From Candidatus Omnitrophota bacterium (GTDB lineage: Bacteria; Omnitrophota; Gorgyraeia; Gygaellales; JBFMHM01), in the NCBI GenBank assembly GCA_040753015.1, contig JBFMHM010000006.1:20467-84466 (forward strand): 64,000 nt of DNA, given 5' to 3'. Position 1 is the first letter of the stretch; every line of letters begins with the position of its first letter. The notes under the pieces were generated by a model. That model was not told the origin of the DNA, made no database searches, and saw nothing but the letters and a program-made list of their open reading frames with translations. Position numbers and translations under genes: made by a program. Positions 58,501 to 64,000 of this stretch are shown piece after piece.

Positions 58501-60168
58501 ATAAAAATTGCTCAAGGCGCAAAACCCGGCGAAGGCGGCCAGCTCCCTGGACATAAGGTGAGTGAAATTATTGCGCGTACCCGTTACACAACCCCGGGTG
58601 TTACTTTAATTTCACCGCCACCGCATCATGATATTTATTCAATCGAAGATTTAGCACAATTAATTTTTGATTTAAAAAATGTAAATCCAAAGGCCCGCAT
58701 AAGCGTTAAATTAGTTTCAGAAATTGGCGTAGGAACTGTTGCTGCAGGTGTTGCCAAAGGCCATGCGGATATGATTTTAATCTCTGGAGGTGATGGCGGC
58801 ACAGGTGCTTCCCCTTTAAGTTCAATTAAACATGCTGGCCTTCCCTGGGAACTTGGAATTTCAGAAACACATCAAACGCTTGTTTTAAATGACCTGCGCA
58901 GTCGCGTTAGATTGCAAACTGATGGCCAGATGCGCACCGGTCGCGACGTTGCAATTGCTGCAATTTTAGGCGCGGAAGAATACGGATTTTGTACTGCAGC
59001 GTTAATTATAATGGGTTGCGTTATGCTTAGGCACTGCCATTTAAATAATTGTTCAGTTGGTGTTGCAACGCAAGATGAAATTTTGCAAAAACGCTTTTTA
59101 GGCAGGCCAGATTATGTGATAAATTATTTTAATTTTGTTGTGCAAGAACTGCGGGAAATTATGGCTAGCCTCGGGGTAAGAAATATCAATGAAATGATTG
59201 GTAATACTGAACTTTTAGAAGTCAATAAACAAATTATTCCTTGGAAGGCAAAAAATATTGACTACTCACGGATTCTCTATAAGCCAGAGGTTGATAAAGC
59301 TGTTGGCAAATATTGTATGATTAGCCAAGATCACGCAATAGATAATGTATTAGATAAAAAATTAATTGAATTTTCCAAAGATGCGTTAGAAAGTGCTGTA
59401 ACAGTTAACGCCGAATTTAAAATTAATAATACTAACCGCACAACTGGTGCGATGTTAAGCGGTGAAGTTTGCAAGCGGTTTGGTGAAGATGCGCTGCCAG
59501 AAGGTACGATTAATTTTAAATTTAAAGGAGTTGCTGGGCAAAGTTTTGGCGCATTTTTGGCTAAAGGGATTAATTTTGAGCTGGAGGGCCAGGCTAATGA
59601 TTATGTTGGAAAAGGAATTTCTGGCGGAAAGATAATAATTTATCCGGATAAAAAAACTGATTATGATTCATCTAATAATGTCATTATTGGTAACACTTGT
59701 TTTTACGGAGCAATTAAGGGGGAGGCTTATATAAAAGGAGTTGCCGGGGAAAGATTCTGTATTAGGAATTCTGGTTTACTTACAGTTGTTGAAGGTGTGG
59801 GCGATCATGGGTGTGAATATATGACAGGTGGTAGGGTAATTATCTTAGGAGAAACCGGAAGAAATTTTGGCGCTGGTATGTCGGGCGGCATTGCCTATAT
59901 ATATGACGAAGATAAAAATTTCGCAAGTAGATGTAATTTAGAAATGGTTGAATTAGATAAGCCGAATGAGCTAGATAGAGATACATTACATAATTTAATT
60001 TTTAATCATTACAAATATACAAAAAGTACAAAAGCAAAATTTATTTTAGATAATTTTAAACAAGAATTAAAAAAATTTATTAAAGTTATGCCGTTAGAAT
60101 ACAAGCGTATCCTAGAAGCAAGAGAACAAGAAGAAAAGTTAGGTTTAGGGGAACCTTCAGATGGGTGA
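55504..60168 (+). CDS. gltB: glutamate synthase large subunit
   Basis: N-terminal amidotransferase Cys in EHDACGVGFV, central FMN domain, C-terminal GXXDGG repeats. 1554 aa. Confidence 0.95.
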   Translation: MIDSRKEKLSAVGPWLRREASETSSLYDGEQFGLYDRRFEHDACGVGFVCDIKGRKSHDIIQKGIEVLRRLSHRGAVGADPKTGDGAGILIQIPDEFLRKECAKLKISLPEFGNYGVGLVFLPQDDKERKFCLDAFEKIIKQEKEKLLGFREIEVDSSIIGKTAQNTQPKISQIFIEKSENVKKGLDFERKLYLIRKQVENIICASTIRQKDFFYITNISSQTLIYKGLLMPDQVDGFFPELKDESLTSSLCLVHSRYSTNTFPTWDLAQPFRYLAHNGEINTLRGNINWMQAREGLLKSIFFNKDIEKLKPVIVPGGSDSAVIDNVFELLFLSGRSLSHVMSMLIPSAWEQNKELNSELKNFYKYHVCFMEPWDGPAAIAFTDGTNIGAVLDRNGLRPCRYIVTKDDFVVMASEVGVLDIEPKNIKLSGRLNPGKMFYIDTKKGRIIGDDEIKKELSAKKPYGKWLKENLVSLDDVKGVKIKEKQLKDTLTLLKAFGYSKEDLKMIISPMVQNSQEPIGSMGNDTPLAVLSKNPQLLYSYFKQLFAQVTNPAIDPIREEIVMTLESFVGSQKNILEETDKHCHKLYVKNPILENRELEKIKKIKQKGFKAKVISILFKVDDKKDFRRRLDEICKEAELAIKDGYSFIILSDKGVASEMAALPALLAAGTIHQYLVKKALRTQIGIILETAEPREVHHFALLFGYGVDCINPYLSYDAIEYLISTQGGSAFGGKEKELDLDYKTAIKNYRKALSKGILKILSKMGISTLHSYRGAQVFEAIGIANEVIEKSFSGTPSRIGGVGFVEIEKETLLRHSEAFPKNKNLETPYLAIGGLYQWKKGGEFHLWNPETIASLQDAVRKNNYSKFKEFSNLINDQSNNPTTLRSLLKFSAKGETSPQSGGKKIIPIPLDQVEPKESIFKRFATGAMSFGSISKGAHETLALAMNKIGAKSNTGEGGEDPARFIQLPNGDSLRSAIKQVASGRFGVTTNYLVNADELQIKIAQGAKPGEGGQLPGHKVSEIIARTRYTTPGVTLISPPPHHDIYSIEDLAQLIFDLKNVNPKARISVKLVSEIGVGTVAAGVAKGHADMILISGGDGGTGASPLSSIKHAGLPWELGISETHQTLVLNDLRSRVRLQTDGQMRTGRDVAIAAILGAEEYGFCTAALIIMGCVMLRHCHLNNCSVGVATQDEILQKRFLGRPDYVINYFNFVVQELREIMASLGVRNINEMIGNTELLEVNKQIIPWKAKNIDYSRILYKPEVDKAVGKYCMISQDHAIDNVLDKKLIEFSKDALESAVTVNAEFKINNTNRTTGAMLSGEVCKRFGEDALPEGTINFKFKGVAGQSFGAFLAKGINFELEGQANDYVGKGISGGKIIIYPDKKTDYDSSNNVIIGNTCFYGAIKGEAYIKGVAGERFCIRNSGLLTVVEGVGDHGCEYMTGGRVIILGETGRNFGAGMSGGIAYIYDEDKNFASRCNLEMVELDKPNELDRDTLHNLIFNHYKYTKSTKAKFILDNFKQELKKFIKVMPLEYKRILEAREQEEKLGLGEPSDG
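58175..58217. repeat. GC-rich palindromic element, family A, in frame within gltB
   Basis: CCGCC-AAA-GGCGAG-ac-CTCGCC-gcaaagc-GGCGG-GAAAAAAAT, translated as AKGETSPQSGGKK. Shares a 22-nt identical core with the birA copy. Confidence 0.7.
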
Positions 60169-60185
60169 AAGGAATTCAAAAATCT

Positions 60186-60220
60186 CTGCCAAAGGCAGAT
60201 CCGCCTTAGGCGGAAAAAAT
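60186..60220. repeat. GC-rich double-hairpin element, family B, intergenic gltB-gltD
   Basis: CTGCC-aaa-GGCAG-GATCCGCC-tta-GGCGG-AAAAAAT. Confidence 0.65.
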
Positions 60221-60242
60221 CAAAAATCTAGAATAAAATAAT

Positions 60243-63283
<3,041 letters not shown>

Positions 63284-63310
63284 AAGATACAAATATAATA
63301 TTATCAACAA

Positions 63311-63420
63311 CTTACATTCTTTTCTGTAAGCGTTTGGCGGATGTAACCGTCCGCCACTAAACACTGGCGAGACGCATCTTCATCTCGCCGAAAATCAGGC
63401 GGATGAAAGCGCTTACATTT
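63311..63420. repeat. composite GC-rich palindromic element, intergenic after pyrG
   Basis: Outer inverted repeat GTAAGCG...CGCTTAC. It encloses hairpins GGCGGA-tgtaaccg-TCCGCC and GGCGAG-acgcatcttcat-CTCGCC, plus AGGCGGAT. Shares GGCGAG/CTCGCC, GGCGG and GAGACGCA cores with families A-C. Confidence 0.6.
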
Positions 63421-63472
63421 TTCGCCCCAAAACCCTTGAAATTGGCCTATCTATAGTGCATACTTATTATAT

Positions 63473-64000
63473 ATGATGAAACGTATATTTATCTTATTAT
63501 TGGTAGGGATTTTTTGTTTTAACCACTTATGTTATGGTTTTCAAAACATAAGTACCCCAATGGCGCAAGCCTTTTCGGGGCCTACACTATTAGGCCTTGA
63601 TTTAAATGGTAGAGACGCACTGCAGTGCGTCTCTACAGGTATCCAATTCAACCTAAACATCCCCAAAGGCACTATATTGTCTTTAGGTCAACGTAAAGAT
63701 CTACAAACCAACATAAACTACTTCCTAACAGCTCTAACAGTAGACGACTCTGAATTCTGGGTTAACCTAAACCCCAACCAGCCTAACAGGCTCACAGGAA
63801 CTAATCTAGCCTACACAGACTTAGGTAAGCATCTATTATTACTAGACCTAAAACTTAAGAAAGACACAGCCTTTAGCCTATTTCCCGGACTCTCTACAGG
63901 AGCAACAGAGTATTGGACTAGAGTGTTTGCTAAAGCTAAAGCTTTAGCAAAATCAAATATCAAATATCAAAAATCAAATATACAAACTAAAAATCAAAAA
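63473..64000 (+). CDS. hypothetical secreted protein, 3'-partial (runs off window), with palindromic insert and low-complexity tail
   Basis: Signal peptide MMKRIFILLLVGIFCF. No stop before the window end. Absent from the ORF track. Confidence 0.4.
   Translation, partial: MMKRIFILLLVGIFCFNHLCYGFQNISTPMAQAFSGPTLLGLDLNGRDALQCVSTGIQFNLNIPKGTILSLGQRKDLQTNINYFLTALTVDDSEFWVNLNPNQPNRLTGTNLAYTDLGKHLLLLDLKLKKDTAFSLFPGLSTGATEYWTRVFAKAKALAKSNIKYQKSNIQTKNQK
63610..63635. repeat. perfect 26-bp palindrome, family C, in frame within the 3' secreted-protein ORF
   Basis: TAGAGACGCACTGCAGTGCGTCTCTA. Differs from the gltD copy by a compensatory T..A to C..G change that keeps the palindrome perfect. Confidence 0.75.

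Noticed and set aside
63300-63420. GC-rich island as a tRNA or small RNA gene
   Set aside because: No cloverleaf, no conserved T-loop or D-loop motifs. It is nested-palindromic and shares motifs with the in-ORF repeat families, so it is treated as a repeat element.
63935-64000. CRISPR array at the window end
   Set aside because: The repeat unit is ~7 nt, degenerate and A-rich, with no spacer-sized unique segments. It is a low-complexity microsatellite-like tract within an ORF.

Overview
This is an AT-rich (roughly one-third GC) bacterial chromosomal segment with tight gene spacing. About 65 protein-coding genes are called, all on the + strand except two (13886-14770 and 47831-49420). No rRNA, tRNA, CRISPR array, transposase, integrase or phage gene was recognised. 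The gene content suggests an anaerobe or microaerophile, possibly from a poorly characterised lineage.

The window reads as four functional blocks:
1. 1-13.9 kb: iron and redox homeostasis. It holds a VIT1/CCC1 iron transporter (5' partial), a thiol peroxidase fused to a pterin-4a-carbinolamine dehydratase domain, DJ-1/PfpI, a small ferritin-like ORF and a CDF metal exporter. It also holds an O2/NO detoxification module: an FNR-like flavoprotein, a flavodiiron protein, rubredoxin, bacterioferritin-like protein, PNPOx-like protein, glutaredoxin-like protein and thioredoxin-reductase-like protein. A split FeoB and a DtxR-family regulator with a FeoA-like C-terminus complete the block.
2. 14.9-27.6 kb: sulfur assimilation and siroheme synthesis. 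Genes are CysH-like APS/PAPS reductase, a PiT-family CysP-like permease, two CysK paralogues, SirC, HemA, a truncated HemC, CobA, HemB, HemL and a small assimilatory-type sulfite reductase. An Rrf2 regulator, MetY, MetX and MetW follow.
3. 27.6-43.2 kb: cofactor biosynthesis. This covers thiamine (ThiE-ThiS fusion, ThiG, ThiH, ThiF), Fe-S assembly (NifU-C, NifS, IscU), biotin (BirA, BioB, BioF, BioH, BioC, BioD-BioA fusion), MnmA, NadA, an Lrp regulator and an aminotransferase.
4. 43.9-63.3 kb: nitrogen assimilation. It contains a GAF-ANTAR regulator, an ECF-like sigma factor, a secreted porin-like protein, AmtB, PII, a reverse-strand GltB-domain-2-like FMN protein and type III glutamine synthetase. 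A COG1373-like ATPase, glutamine-dependent NadE, a Fis-like HTH protein, GltB, GltD and PyrG follow.

Two observations stand out. First, at least three families of short GC-rich palindromic elements sit in frame inside essential genes (birA, mnmA, gltB, gltD, nadE and a secreted protein) and in intergenic DNA. This resembles the Rickettsia RPE phenomenon. One family consists of two perfect 26-bp palindromes that differ by a compensatory base-pair change. Second, the nitrogen block appears wired for transcription antitermination. The leaders of the sigma-factor gene and of glnN each contain an intrinsic terminator, and the GAF-ANTAR protein is encoded just upstream.
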